DNA of 32,000 bases from assembly GCA_040905545.1 (NCBI GenBank), contig JBBDRI010000032.1:89230-121229 (forward strand), written 5' to 3'. Position numbers and translations under genes: made by a program. Positions 9,087 to 21,327 of the stretch are shown here, piece after piece; the stretch's first letter is position 1, and each line of letters begins with the position of its first letter. Under the pieces are notes generated by a model. The model was not told the DNA's origin and did no database searches. It was given only the letters and a program-made list of their open reading frames with translations. Origin of the DNA: Gemmatimonadota bacterium (GTDB taxonomy: Bacteria; Gemmatimonadota; Gemmatimonadetes; Longimicrobiales; Gaopeijiaceae).

Positions 9087-10712
9087 TTGGCCATGCATAC
9101 GCTCCCCAGCCCGCCGCGCCGCACTTCCGTCCGCTCCCTTGGACCCAGGCTTGCCCTGCCTCTCCTCCTCCTGGCCGGAGGGGCATGTCAAGATGGAGCG
9201 ACACCGGCCCTGGACGGCGCGGGAAGCGTCGAGGCAGTGGAACTCACCATTCGAGAGCTCCATTCCGCTCTGGCAAACCGTCGGACCCGTTGCCGTGCCG
9301 TTATCCAGGCTCATCTGGATCGAATCCACGCGTACGACGAATCTTCCGGGCTACACGCCGTCACCGAGATAAACCCCAACGCCCTGACCACCGCGGATTC
9401 CATCGACGCCGCCCTTGCCGCCGGGGCCCCCATGGGTGCCATGGCCTGCGTCCCGGTACTGGTGAAGGACAACTTCAACACCCACGATCTCCCCACCACG
9501 GGAGGGTCGGTTGCCCTCCTGGGGAATATCCCTCCCACGGATGCCTTCATGGTACGTCGGCTCAGGGAGGAGGGCGCCGTCATCCTGGCCAAGACGAATA
9601 TGGCCGAATGGGCGTTCAGCCCCCGTCAGACCATTTCGTCCTCCTATGGGACCACCGCCAACGCATACGATCTGGCTCGGGTCCCCGCAGGATCCAGTGG
9701 GGGCTCTGCATCCGGGGTGGCAGCGGCGTTCGGAGTAGTGGGGTTGGGAAGCGACACGGGCAATTCCATCCGGGGGCCGGCTTCGCACCTGGCCCTGGTG
9801 GGGATCCGGTCGACCTTGGGTCTCACATCCCGCTCAGGCGTGATTCCCCTGAGCTTCGATCGGGATGTAGCCGGCCCTCTCACCCGCACGGTGGAAGACG
9901 CGGCTCGCGTGTTCAACGTGGTGGCAGGAACCGATCCTGAGGATCCATACACCGACCTGGGCGGCCACCTTCGCGAGGCCGACTACACCTCGTTTCTCGT
10001 ACCCGATGCCCTGGAAAGCCGGAAGGTGGGAGTGATCCGACGGTTCGCGGACCCTTCCACCGCAGATCCGGAGGTCCTACAGCGTTTCCAGGAGGCTCTT
10101 GAGGTGTTGGCGGAGCAGGGAGCCGACATCATGGATCCCTTCCCACTTCCGGAACTGGATGCGTGGCTATCGCAGGCCACCTTCTGTCGCCGTTTCCGAT
10201 ACGACGTTCACCAGTACCTCCTCTCCCTTGGGTCCGACGCCCCGATTCTGGACCCCCTCACCGTGCTGGAAACCGGAGACTTCGGCTCCGACGCCGAGGC
10301 GGGGCTTCGGTCGTTCGGAGAGGGCCCCCTGAATGTCCATCCAGCGCAGGCTGATCCGCCGTGCCTGGACTTCGCTCAGCATCCCGGTAGACAGCGGCTT
10401 CTCAACAATGTGATAATGGCCATGGACGAGGCGGGGCTGGACGCACTGGTCTTCCCCACCTGGAGCCACCCTCCGGCGCCTCTGGACCGGGGGAACGAGG
10501 AGTACCGCGGCGACAACAGTCAAGGCCTGGTACCCTCTGCGGGCCTTCCAGCCATCACGGTCCCCATGGGATTCACGCAGGGCACCCTGCCGGCCGGCCT
10601 CCAGTTCGCGGGGAGGCCGTACTCCGAAGGACTGCTCTTCGGACTGGCCTTCGCATACGAACAAGCCACCTTACATCGTCGCCCCCCCTCAGCCTTCCCT
10701 CCCCTGCCTTGA
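9087..10712 (+). CDS. Amidase-signature family lipoprotein
   Basis: VLVKDNFNTHDLPTTGGS (catalytic Lys), AGSSGGSASGVAAAFGVVGLGSDTGNSIRGPASHLALVGIRSTLG (Ser-cisSer triad region), N-terminal LPLLLLAGGAC lipobox. Confidence 0.9.
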   Translation: MAMHTLPSPPRRTSVRSLGPRLALPLLLLAGGACQDGATPALDGAGSVEAVELTIRELHSALANRRTRCRAVIQAHLDRIHAYDESSGLHAVTEINPNALTTADSIDAALAAGAPMGAMACVPVLVKDNFNTHDLPTTGGSVALLGNIPPTDAFMVRRLREEGAVILAKTNMAEWAFSPRQTISSSYGTTANAYDLARVPAGSSGGSASGVAAAFGVVGLGSDTGNSIRGPASHLALVGIRSTLGLTSRSGVIPLSFDRDVAGPLTRTVEDAARVFNVVAGTDPEDPYTDLGGHLREADYTSFLVPDALESRKVGVIRRFADPSTADPEVLQRFQEALEVLAEQGADIMDPFPLPELDAWLSQATFCRRFRYDVHQYLLSLGSDAPILDPLTVLETGDFGSDAEAGLRSFGEGPLNVHPAQADPPCLDFAQHPGRQRLLNNVIMAMDEAGLDALVFPTWSHPPAPLDRGNEEYRGDNSQGLVPSAGLPAITVPMGFTQGTLPAGLQFAGRPYSEGLLFGLAFAYEQATLHRRPPSAFPPLP

Positions 10713-10853
10713 GTCGTAGGATGCCAGCCGTGGTCGTTGGACTTTCGGGGCAATCTGCCCCAGATTCTCCCCCTCCGTGCCCGTCGCCTTCCTGGGACGA
10801 TCCCGGATCCATCTCGTGTTGAACCATCTACTCTTTGATTGTGAGCAAAGCCC

Positions 10854-11342
10854 ATGCGAAGCATAGCATCCCACTCTCCTATGAGCCTGACTCTTATGAG
10901 CCTGACTGCCACCGCGTTCCTGGTAGCTTGTGGCGGAACCGATGCCCCACCGGCAACCGATATGGCGGAGTCCCCAGCGCCCACCGAGGCCGCCACCCAG
11001 GTCTGGTTCGAGTCGCCGGTTGACGGTGAAGTGGTGGAAGGCCCCGACGTATTGGTGAGGTTCGGGCACAGCGGGATCGAGTTGGTACCTCCCGATGAAC
11101 CTCGTCCAGGGGAGGGTCATCATCACATCTTCGTGAATGTGGACGTCACACCCATGGGCCAGGTCATCCCCGCAGGACGGGAAGGGATCATCCATATGGG
11201 CGACGCCTCGTCGGAGTACCTGCTGGAGGGACTGGAGCCGGGTGCGTATCGTCTCATTACCGTCATGGCCGATGGTCTGCACATTCCCCTGGATCCCCCG
11301 GTGGTGGATACCGTGAATATCACGGTGGTGGAACCGCAGTGA
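10854..11342 (+). CDS. DUF4399-like lipoprotein
   Basis: N-terminal signal ending LVACGG; VWFESPVDGEVVEGPDVLVRFGHSGIEL...GEGHHHIFVNVD...LEPGAYRLITVMADGLHIPLDPPVV matches the general DUF4399 pattern. Confidence 0.75.
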   Translation: MRSIASHSPMSLTLMSLTATAFLVACGGTDAPPATDMAESPAPTEAATQVWFESPVDGEVVEGPDVLVRFGHSGIELVPPDEPRPGEGHHHIFVNVDVTPMGQVIPAGREGIIHMGDASSEYLLEGLEPGAYRLITVMADGLHIPLDPPVVDTVNITVVEPQ

Positions 11343-11455
11343 GTGAAAGGGTTGCCAAGCGGCAACCTCGCATCGCACCGTAGAAACAACCGGGGAAGGC
11401 CGCGGGCCATCATTCGAGGCTGTTCCCGCTATTCCACCGTCACAAAGGAGGATTT

Positions 11456-14290
<2,835 letters not shown>

Positions 14291-14330
14291 CCGGAAGCCT
14301 ATGAGCCTGCCACCAGCGCTTCGGTGGTCA

Positions 14331-14361
14331 CACGGCCCCACACCGCCGGTGTGGGGCCGTG
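14331..14361. terminator. Strong hairpin after the TonB receptor gene (putative terminator)
   Basis: CACGGCCCCACACC (14331-14344) - GCC - GGTGTGGGGCCGTG (14348-14361): perfect 14-bp stem with 3-nt loop, about 40 nt after the stop codon. Only a weak T-rich tail follows. Confidence 0.6.
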
Positions 14362-14541
14362 CTCGTCTTGACTGCGGAGAGGATGAGGCTTCCTCACCCT
14401 TGCCCTGCCCCTGCGATCAACCCTTTCAAAGCCTCAGGGGTCCTAGATATTGCCCCCCGCATCTGGCAGGAACGGGGGTTTTCACCTATCCTGCCCGTCT
14501 TTCCGGTATCCTTGAATTTTCCAACCCATCAGGAGCTGTTC

Positions 14542-15027
14542 ATGGAGTCGTTTCCGCGCCCGGTAGCCCTGGCACTTACCCTGTTCACCATCGCAGGATG
14601 TGCCTCGTCCGCCGGCCCAGCCGATAGCCCCGCGCCCCAACCAGAAGCGGCTCCGGTGGAAGAAGCTGCGGCACCTGTGGAGGAAGCGGGACCTCGCTTT
14701 GCCTCGGAGACGCCGGTCTACTCCGAGGCCCAGGCCACCCGCGGTCGTGACCTCTACGATGTGGAGTGCGCCACCTGTCACGGTCCCCGCGAGTTCTCGG
14801 GCACCAGCTTCCTTCGCCGTTGGAGCGGAGGGCCGGTGGGCTCGCTCTTTGGCTATATCAATGGCAGTATGCCCCAGATGAGTCCTGGCATCCTTACCTA
14901 CGAAGAGACCGCCGATATCGTAGCCTATGTTCTCAGCCTCAATGGATTTCCTGCGGGGAACGTGGAGTTGCCGTCGGAGCCCAGCGCTCTGGCTGAGATC
15001 CGCTACCAACCGTCCACTGGACGCTAG
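14542..15027 (+). CDS. c-type cytochrome lipoprotein (single CxxCH)
   Basis: N-terminal LFTIAGCASS lipobox; YDVECATCHGPREF haem-binding motif; YINGSMPQMSPGILTYEETADIVAYVLSLNGFPAG (axial Met region). ATG 14542 preceded by aggag. Confidence 0.88.
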   Translation: MESFPRPVALALTLFTIAGCASSAGPADSPAPQPEAAPVEEAAAPVEEAGPRFASETPVYSEAQATRGRDLYDVECATCHGPREFSGTSFLRRWSGGPVGSLFGYINGSMPQMSPGILTYEETADIVAYVLSLNGFPAGNVELPSEPSALAEIRYQPSTGR

Positions 15028-15088
15028 GCGCTTCACGCCTACTGGTCCTGATGGCCCACTGTTTCGTTTTCCACTGCACGGGGGAAAG

Positions 15089-17101
15089 ATGAGAGGAATT
15101 GAACGCCGGTTGCCCAAACAGGCCATCTGGCATCGCCTGACCGCCACCGCCTTTGCCGCCGCTGTCATGGGCGCCGCCTTCACTGCCCCGGCCCTCACCG
15201 CCCAGGATTATCAGAACTGGACGCACTGGGGCGGGGACGTCTTCAGCACCCGGTACTCGGCCCTGGATCAGATCACCCCCCAGAACTTCGGGGACCTGGA
15301 GGTGGCGTGGGTGTGGCGCGGCGACAACTACGGGCCCCAAGTGGACAATATCCTCAGGGCCACGCCCATCTACGCCGAAGGGAAGCTCTTCACGGTGGCA
15401 GGTCAGCGGCGATCCGTCATCGCCATCGATCCCGCCACCGGCGAGACCCTCTGGATGTGGCGCATGCGTTACACCAAGCGGTGGGAAGACTCCATGCGGA
15501 AGAACTACGGGAAGTCCGTGGTCTATGAAGTGGTGGATGGCCGGGGACGCATCTACGTGGTGGACCCGGGCTTCTTCCTCATCGCCCTGGATGCCGAAAC
15601 AGGGCATCCCATCCAGAGCTTCGGGGAAAACGGCATCGTGGATCTCCTGGAAGATCTGGGCTACCCCTTCAACGGCGACGAGGGCATCCCTCGGGACCGG
15701 GGCTACATCACCAACTCCTCGGCGCCCATCATCGTGGACGGGGTCATCATCGTTCCCAACTCCGGGGAGCAGGGATACTACCAGACCCGAAAAGAAGAGG
15801 TGGCCGGGCACATCCTGGCCTACGACGCCCGCACCGGCCGGCACATGTGGAAGTTCAATGTGATCCCCCAGCCTGGGGAATTCGGTCACGACACATGGGA
15901 GGAAGGCTCCTGGGAGTACACAGGAAACGTAGGCTCATGGGCCCCCATCTCCGCCGATCCTGAACTGGGGCTGGTCTACCTCCCCACCAAGGGCGGCACC
16001 AACGACTACTACGGCGGGCATCGCCCAGGCGACGAGCTCTTCGGAAACTCCATTCTCGCCCTGGATGTCCAGACGGGGGAACGGCGCTGGCACTTCCAGA
16101 CCGTCCGCCACGATGTATGGAACTTCGATCTTCCCCATGCCCCCCAACTGGTGGACCTCACGGTGAATGGGCAGCGAGTACCCGCTCTGGTGCAGGTGAG
16201 CAAGCAGGGGTGGGCGTATGTACTGAACCGCGTTACAGGTGAGCCTCTTTGGCCCGTGGAGATGCGGGAAGTACCTCAGTCGGACGTGCCTGGCGAGCGC
16301 CTCTCTCCCGTACAGCCATACCCCACCAGACCAGCCCCCTACGAGCGTCAGGGTCTGGCGGAGGACGATCTCATCGACTTCACTCCGGAGCTTCGGCGGG
16401 AGGCTCAGGAGATCGCCTCTCGCTACCGCCTGAGTGGGGAGCTGTTCAACCCGCCCTCCGTCCGCAACGCCCCTGACGGCACGCTGGCCTCGGTCCACTG
16501 CCCCGGAGCCAATGGTGGCGCCAACATCCCCGGGGGAGCCGCCGTGGATCCGGAGACGGGCATCCTCTACGTGGCCTCCATCGCCGGCTGTAGCGCACCT
16601 CAGCTCATGCCCGGAACAGAAAGAGACCCCGACTCCACCATGGACTGGGTGACCAATGGCCCGGGCGGAGTGCCGGGCCCCCAGGGTCTTCCCCTCTGGA
16701 AGCCCCCGTACGGGAAGATTACCGCCATCGACCTGAACACGGGTGAGCACCTGAGCAGCTTCGGAAACGGTCGGGGGTGGATTCCCAATGGTGAGCCCCA
16801 GGAGCGCTTCGTGGAGCACCCGGCGCTCCAGGGTATCGACCTCTCCCTGATTGGGAAATCGGCTCACGCCACCCCTCTGGTGACACGCACCGCCTTCCTG
16901 TTCGGAGAGGGACGCGGCGGGTACCCTCTCTTCCATGCCGCAGACAAGCGGACCGGCGAGATCCTGGCGTCGGTGGAACTCCCTGCCCCCACGAACACGG
17001 CACCCATGACCTTCATGCATGAAGGCAAGCAGTACATCGTGTCGGCGATTGGCGGCCAGGGCTTCCCTGGATCCCTGGTGGCACTCCGCCTTCCGGACTG
17101 A
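15089..17101 (+). CDS. PQQ-dependent dehydrogenase (quinoprotein alcohol/glucose dehydrogenase-like)
   Basis: Signal peptide ...APALTAQ; WTHWGGDVFSTRYSALDQITPQNFGDLEVAWVWRGD, GKLFTVAGQRRSVIAIDPATGETLWMWR and repeated beta-propeller blades (GKITAIDLNTGEHL). Confidence 0.9.
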   Translation: MRGIERRLPKQAIWHRLTATAFAAAVMGAAFTAPALTAQDYQNWTHWGGDVFSTRYSALDQITPQNFGDLEVAWVWRGDNYGPQVDNILRATPIYAEGKLFTVAGQRRSVIAIDPATGETLWMWRMRYTKRWEDSMRKNYGKSVVYEVVDGRGRIYVVDPGFFLIALDAETGHPIQSFGENGIVDLLEDLGYPFNGDEGIPRDRGYITNSSAPIIVDGVIIVPNSGEQGYYQTRKEEVAGHILAYDARTGRHMWKFNVIPQPGEFGHDTWEEGSWEYTGNVGSWAPISADPELGLVYLPTKGGTNDYYGGHRPGDELFGNSILALDVQTGERRWHFQTVRHDVWNFDLPHAPQLVDLTVNGQRVPALVQVSKQGWAYVLNRVTGEPLWPVEMREVPQSDVPGERLSPVQPYPTRPAPYERQGLAEDDLIDFTPELRREAQEIASRYRLSGELFNPPSVRNAPDGTLASVHCPGANGGANIPGGAAVDPETGILYVASIAGCSAPQLMPGTERDPDSTMDWVTNGPGGVPGPQGLPLWKPPYGKITAIDLNTGEHLSSFGNGRGWIPNGEPQERFVEHPALQGIDLSLIGKSAHATPLVTRTAFLFGEGRGGYPLFHAADKRTGEILASVELPAPTNTAPMTFMHEGKQYIVSAIGGQGFPGSLVALRLPD

Positions 17102-17115
17102 GGAGGAGAGGTACC

Positions 17116-18693
17116 ATGACGACCCCCGGGCCACACCTTCCCGGGGAGCGGCATGCAGGTGAAGGGGTGGGGTCCGAGATGCCGGGCCCCACCCCTTCGT
17201 ACATGATGGTGGATCCTTTCAGACGTTTCTCGCCTGCGACACGCAGGGCAGTCTGGGCAGCAATCATCTTGCTCCTCCTGATCCTCACAGCCCTGGGGGT
17301 CTACTGGTACACCCAATCCACCCGGATCACCGCCCCTGCACCGGGCACGGAGGAATCGGACCCCGATTGGCCTCCGCTTCCGGCCTCGTCCATCAACCTC
17401 CCCGTCCTGTTCGATCTCCATCGGGTGCTGGACTCGCTGGAAGAAGCCGTCCCCGTGCGCTTCGGAAGCCTGGATCAGCGCCGCACCCATCCTTCCAACG
17501 GACGGGTGGAATATGCCTTCACGGTAGAAAGGGAACCCTTCCAAACTCGACTCAGGGGTGACACGGCTCACCTCACCGCCGTAATCCACTATCAGGGACG
17601 CGGTTGGTACGATCCCCCCCTGCTTCCCGAGATCCGCAGCTCCTGTGGAACCGCCACAGATCGGGATGACCGGCCTCGGGCGCTGGTGGCCCTTTCCTCG
17701 CGCCTGGAGTTGGACCGGAACTGGGTCCTCCGCTCCCGCGTGCAGGTAGACCGGGTGGCACCCCTCACCGACTCCGATGCCGACCGATGCCGGGTCACCT
17801 TCCTCCGCATGGACATGACCGATAGGATCATGGGGGCAGCTCGCGACGGCCTACAGGAGCGTACACCCCGCATCGACGCACGCCTGGCGGGAGTGGATAT
17901 CAAGGGGAGGCTTGAGCGGTACTGGGATATCCTCCGGGAACCCGTGGAACTCACCGAAGACGTCTGGCTGGTGTTGGATCCGGTAGCCATTCGGCACGGG
18001 CAAATGGGTGGGGTGGAGGGCTCCCCCGGAACCCTCCGGGCGGAACTGGGGGTTGTGGCGCATCCCCGCATCCTGGTGGGTGACCGACCCACCATGAAGG
18101 CACTTCCTCTGCCACCCCTGGAGGTGGGGGAGGTGGAGGACGGGTTCCAGATCGTCCTGGAAGGCACGGCCGAGTACGACGCGGCGGCCCGGATTCTCAC
18201 CCGGGAGCTCTCCCAGCGCAGATTCCAGGTGAGGGGCAACGAGGTGCGGATCCGCGAGGTGCAGGTGCAGGGCATCGGCGGGGGCCGTTTGGCCGTGGAA
18301 CTGGACATGCGGGGAGACATCCAGGGCCGAATCTACCTGGTGGGCACCCCTACCTTTGATCGGCAGAGCTCGCAGATCACCGTTCCCGACCTGGATTTTG
18401 ACGTGGCGACCCGGAATATGCTGGTCGGGGGCGCCGCCTGGCTGGTTCGTAGCGGCTTCCCGGAGTTCGTTCGGGGGCACGCCCGCTGGCCGGTGGAAGA
18501 CGCCATGGAATTGGCGGAAGAGCACGCCCACCGAGGGCTCAACCACCGCCTCTCCACCACAGCCCGATTGGAAGGGGAACTCAAGTCCGTAGATGTGGTG
18601 GGGGTGCTGGCCACCAGGAATGCCCTTATGATTCGTACGCGAGCGGAGGCCACACTCCGCCTGGTCATCGACTACGAGGAGGATGCACCATGA
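17116..18693 (+). CDS. DUF4403-like membrane-anchored protein
   Basis: Single N-terminal TM (AVWAAIILLLLILTALGVYWY), SSINLPVLFDLHRVLDSLEEAVP, and a long beta-rich region with YWDILREPVELTEDVWLVLDP consistent with DUF4403. True start may be internal. Confidence 0.6.
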   Translation: MTTPGPHLPGERHAGEGVGSEMPGPTPSYMMVDPFRRFSPATRRAVWAAIILLLLILTALGVYWYTQSTRITAPAPGTEESDPDWPPLPASSINLPVLFDLHRVLDSLEEAVPVRFGSLDQRRTHPSNGRVEYAFTVEREPFQTRLRGDTAHLTAVIHYQGRGWYDPPLLPEIRSSCGTATDRDDRPRALVALSSRLELDRNWVLRSRVQVDRVAPLTDSDADRCRVTFLRMDMTDRIMGAARDGLQERTPRIDARLAGVDIKGRLERYWDILREPVELTEDVWLVLDPVAIRHGQMGGVEGSPGTLRAELGVVAHPRILVGDRPTMKALPLPPLEVGEVEDGFQIVLEGTAEYDAAARILTRELSQRRFQVRGNEVRIREVQVQGIGGGRLAVELDMRGDIQGRIYLVGTPTFDRQSSQITVPDLDFDVATRNMLVGGAAWLVRSGFPEFVRGHARWPVEDAMELAEEHAHRGLNHRLSTTARLEGELKSVDVVGVLATRNALMIRTRAEATLRLVIDYEEDAP

Positions 18694-19187
18694 ATGCTCT
18701 ATCCCTGGCCCTGCTCCGGCTCACACTGGGCATCCTGCTCTTCTGGTGGGGTACGGACAAGATCATGAATGTGGAACACGCCCAGGCCGTGTCCGACTCC
18801 TTCTACCTGGGACTCTTGAGTCACCCAGGTCTCCTCCCCGTCCTGGGAGCCGTTCAGATGGTGCTGGCCCTGGTATTCCTGCTGGGATACAAGCGGCGGT
18901 GGGTGGATCCGGTGGTGGTCCTTATCTACCTGGCCACTGCGGTGGGTGTCTGGCGCTCCCTGCTGGACCCCTTCGGCTACCTGTTGGAAGGCACCAACGC
19001 ACTCTTCTTCCCGTCTGCCGTGGTCTTTGCGGGTTCGCTGGTCCTCATGACCTCCCACGCCCGTGAGACGCTGGTGTTGGATCGAGCCCTGGCCAAGGCT
19101 CCCGAGCCGCCACCCCCCGTCGTCTCTGAACCGGATCAGCCCGTCACCCCAGATCCCTTCCTGGACGACGAGCTCCCGGACATCTGA
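18690..19187 (+). CDS. DoxX/DoxD-like membrane protein
   Basis: Four hydrophobic segments: LALLRLTLGILLFWWGTDKIMN, LPVLGAVQMVLALVFLLGY, PVVVLIYLATAVGVW, FPSAVVFAGSLVLM. ATGA overlap with the preceding gene. Confidence 0.65.
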   Translation: MNALSLALLRLTLGILLFWWGTDKIMNVEHAQAVSDSFYLGLLSHPGLLPVLGAVQMVLALVFLLGYKRRWVDPVVVLIYLATAVGVWRSLLDPFGYLLEGTNALFFPSAVVFAGSLVLMTSHARETLVLDRALAKAPEPPPPVVSEPDQPVTPDPFLDDELPDI

Positions 19188-19205
19188 CCGCTAGAAGCTA
19201 GCGGT
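19187..19205. terminator. Palindromic hairpin between convergent genes (possible bidirectional terminator)
   Basis: ACCGCTAG-AAG-CTAGCGGT: perfect 8-bp stem, 3-nt loop, overlapping or touching both converging stop codons. No U-tract on either strand. Confidence 0.4.
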
Positions 19206-20454
19206 TCCCCCCGGAGCCGTTGCCCCCGTTGTTCCTCCGGCGGGCCCGGCGTTCCTCGCCTGAACCACTCCGGGTGGGAGGCGGCGGGGATTTCACCTGC
19301 GTTCCCCGGGGGGTTACGGCGGGACGGTTGGGCTGGCTGGTTCCCCTGGACGGCGTGGAACCGCGGGCCGACGAGCCAGACCCGGAACCTCCTCCGGAAA
19401 TGTAGCCCCGGTTCCGATCCACCCGGCTCCGGTCCTGAACGGTGGGCGGTCTCACCACCACCACCGTGGAACCGGCTCCAAAACGGGGATACCCCCACCC
19501 GTAGTTCCCGTAGCCGTAAGACCCATAGCTGTAACCGTAGCGGGAATAGAAGGGGTCATAGCCGTAGAACCCGCCGTATCGGGGACCAAAGGGGCCGGCA
19601 CCGTAGATCCTGCGAGAACCGTAGGGCCGATAGCTTTCCCCCGAGACGTCCCGGCTTCCACCCTGCAGAGCGAAGCGTTCGGGGTAGGTGGTGGCCACCA
19701 TGACATCCAACACCTCTCCCGGGAGCCCCTGGGCCGCCAACTCCCTGATGGTGGCGGCATTCAGGGCGAAGGCCTGCTCCCTCTCCGCTACCAGGGCTCC
19801 GGCCCCGTGGGCCCCCACCACCTCCACCAACTCCAGCACATCGTCAGGGGTGAGGGCCGAAGCGGCCTCCGCTCTTGCGGTGGCCACTGCCAGCGACAGT
19901 CCCTGAGACGGGTCGGTGACTCCGTGGAACGCCAGACTGGCACTTCCTGCGGGACGGAACCGACGCATTCCCAGCAGGGGGTCGCCTCCCTGGGCCCGGA
20001 TGCTCTGCACCTCGATCCACTCCCTGCCGTCAGGTAGGAAGCTGAAGACGGAACGGCCTTCGTGAAGCAGGCCTTCCCCACACACCATCTGGGAGGAGAG
20101 GAAGAACCTCCGCCCATCGTCGGACCACTCTCCCCGCTGCTCGCCACTGCATCCCTCATCCTCCAGAGCCGTGGCCACCCCATCGCTTCGAAGCACCTCC
20201 CGAGCCGTGGCTTCACCACCCTGGTAGGACACGAGCTGCACGGCCAAGCCGCCTTCCAGAGGCGTCACGCAGAGGAGGAATTCGGGGAACTCCGCCTCTT
20301 CCGAAAGCTCGGATGAGGAAGAAGCAGGAGCACCGTCCACCGACTCCCAACATCCTACCCACGGGAGCCAGCGATCGGCATTCTGAGCCTCGGCTCCCAC
20401 AGGCATGGAGAGGCCCAGAAAGGCAAGACTGGTAAGGAGGATGGGGTTTCTCAT
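19198..20454 (-). CDS. Secreted protein with Tyr/Gly-rich and Gly/Ser/Arg-rich low-complexity C-terminus
   Basis: Signal peptide MRNPILLTSLAFLGLSMPVGAEAQ; GPRYGGFYGYDPFYSRYGYSYGSYGYGNYGWGYPR and a GGGSGSGSSARGSTPSRG...RRARRRNNGGNGSGGNR tail. No family recognised. Confidence 0.7.
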   Translation of the reverse strand: MRNPILLTSLAFLGLSMPVGAEAQNADRWLPWVGCWESVDGAPASSSSELSEEAEFPEFLLCVTPLEGGLAVQLVSYQGGEATAREVLRSDGVATALEDEGCSGEQRGEWSDDGRRFFLSSQMVCGEGLLHEGRSVFSFLPDGREWIEVQSIRAQGGDPLLGMRRFRPAGSASLAFHGVTDPSQGLSLAVATARAEAASALTPDDVLELVEVVGAHGAGALVAEREQAFALNAATIRELAAQGLPGEVLDVMVATTYPERFALQGGSRDVSGESYRPYGSRRIYGAGPFGPRYGGFYGYDPFYSRYGYSYGSYGYGNYGWGYPRFGAGSTVVVVRPPTVQDRSRVDRNRGYISGGGSGSGSSARGSTPSRGTSQPNRPAVTPRGTQVKSPPPPTRSGSGEERRARRRNNGGNGSGGNR

Positions 20455-20466
20455 GATTCAGCTCCC

Positions 20467-21228
20467 TCAGTAACGGAAGGAAAGGCCCAGCGAAAGGCGC
20501 AGGCCGGAAAGGTCGATGGGCTCAAAGCCGGAGAAGTTGCTGCTGTTGAGCCGGGCGTCGGCCCATTGGTATTTCCCCTCGAAAGTCAGATATGTGCGCT
20601 GGAGGAAGCGGAGATCAATGCCGCCAGATGCATAGTACATGAGCGACTCGCCCTTGGAAGTGAAGTCACCGGTGAAGATGATTTCCTCCTCTTCGTCAAC
20701 GAAATCGCCCCACTGATGGAAGGTGTAGCTGGTCCGACCCAGCCCTCCACCCACATGTGCGTTCAAGGTGCGGGGAATCCAGACGAACTGCCCGAACTGA
20801 TCACCCACGGGCAGGAGGTAGACCTTGCCTCCCACGTAACCCGTGGGGCCCGAGGAGAAACGGGTGTCCTGAAGGATGGGGTCGCCGTTCTCCTCCTCCC
20901 AATCGCGCAATTCGGACGTGCGGGTCACCTGACTCAGGTCGAAGCCCACCACCAATTCGGCACGGTTCCCGAACCAGACTCCCACCTCTCCTCCCCCTGA
21001 CGGGGATCGGAAGTCGGAGCGATCCAGGGTAAGCTGCCGGGTGGTGAAATCGAAGACGTCACTTCCAGCCCGAGGAAGGAACATCCCACCCTTCAGCGTG
21101 AGGCTGATGGTGGGTGCTCGGAACTGGAAGTCCGGGGGTGCCGCCTGACCGGCCAGCAGACCAGGCGCCATGAACAAAGCTGCTCCCAGGACTCCGGGAA
21201 GGACCCAGCGTAGGGACGAATACGTCAT
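20467..21228 (-). CDS. Outer-membrane beta-barrel protein
   Basis: Signal peptide (MALFMAPGLLAGQ region), GGEVGVWFGNRAELVVGFDLSQ, alternating amphipathic strands and C-terminal LRLSLGLSFRY. Confidence 0.75.
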   Translation of the reverse strand: MTYSSLRWVLPGVLGAALFMAPGLLAGQAAPPDFQFRAPTISLTLKGGMFLPRAGSDVFDFTTRQLTLDRSDFRSPSGGGEVGVWFGNRAELVVGFDLSQVTRTSELRDWEEENGDPILQDTRFSSGPTGYVGGKVYLLPVGDQFGQFVWIPRTLNAHVGGGLGRTSYTFHQWGDFVDEEEEIIFTGDFTSKGESLMYYASGGIDLRFLQRTYLTFEGKYQWADARLNSSNFSGFEPIDLSGLRLSLGLSFRY

Positions 21229-21263
21229 GGCTCTCCTCCTTCAGCGATAGGTGGTCGTGGAAT

Positions 21264-21315
21264 CCAGATTTCCTACCACAACCAGATTCCGCACCACACC
21301 CGATTCCGCACCACA
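21264..21315. repeat. Three tandem 17-bp repeats in the intergenic region upstream of the beta-barrel gene
   Basis: + strand copies: CCAGATTTCCTACCACA (21264-21280), CCAGATTCCGCACCACA (21282-21298), CCCGATTCCGCACCACA (21299-21315). Confidence 0.85.
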
Positions 21316-21327
21316 ATAGGGTAGGAC

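Noticed and set aside
9071-9940. 289-aa plus-strand ORF overlapping the amidase
   Set aside because: Alternative frame of the amidase gene; high Arg/Pro/Gly, no motif.
15935-17134. 399-aa minus-strand ORF opposite the PQQ-dehydrogenase
   Set aside because: Shadow ORF of a well-supported quinoprotein gene.
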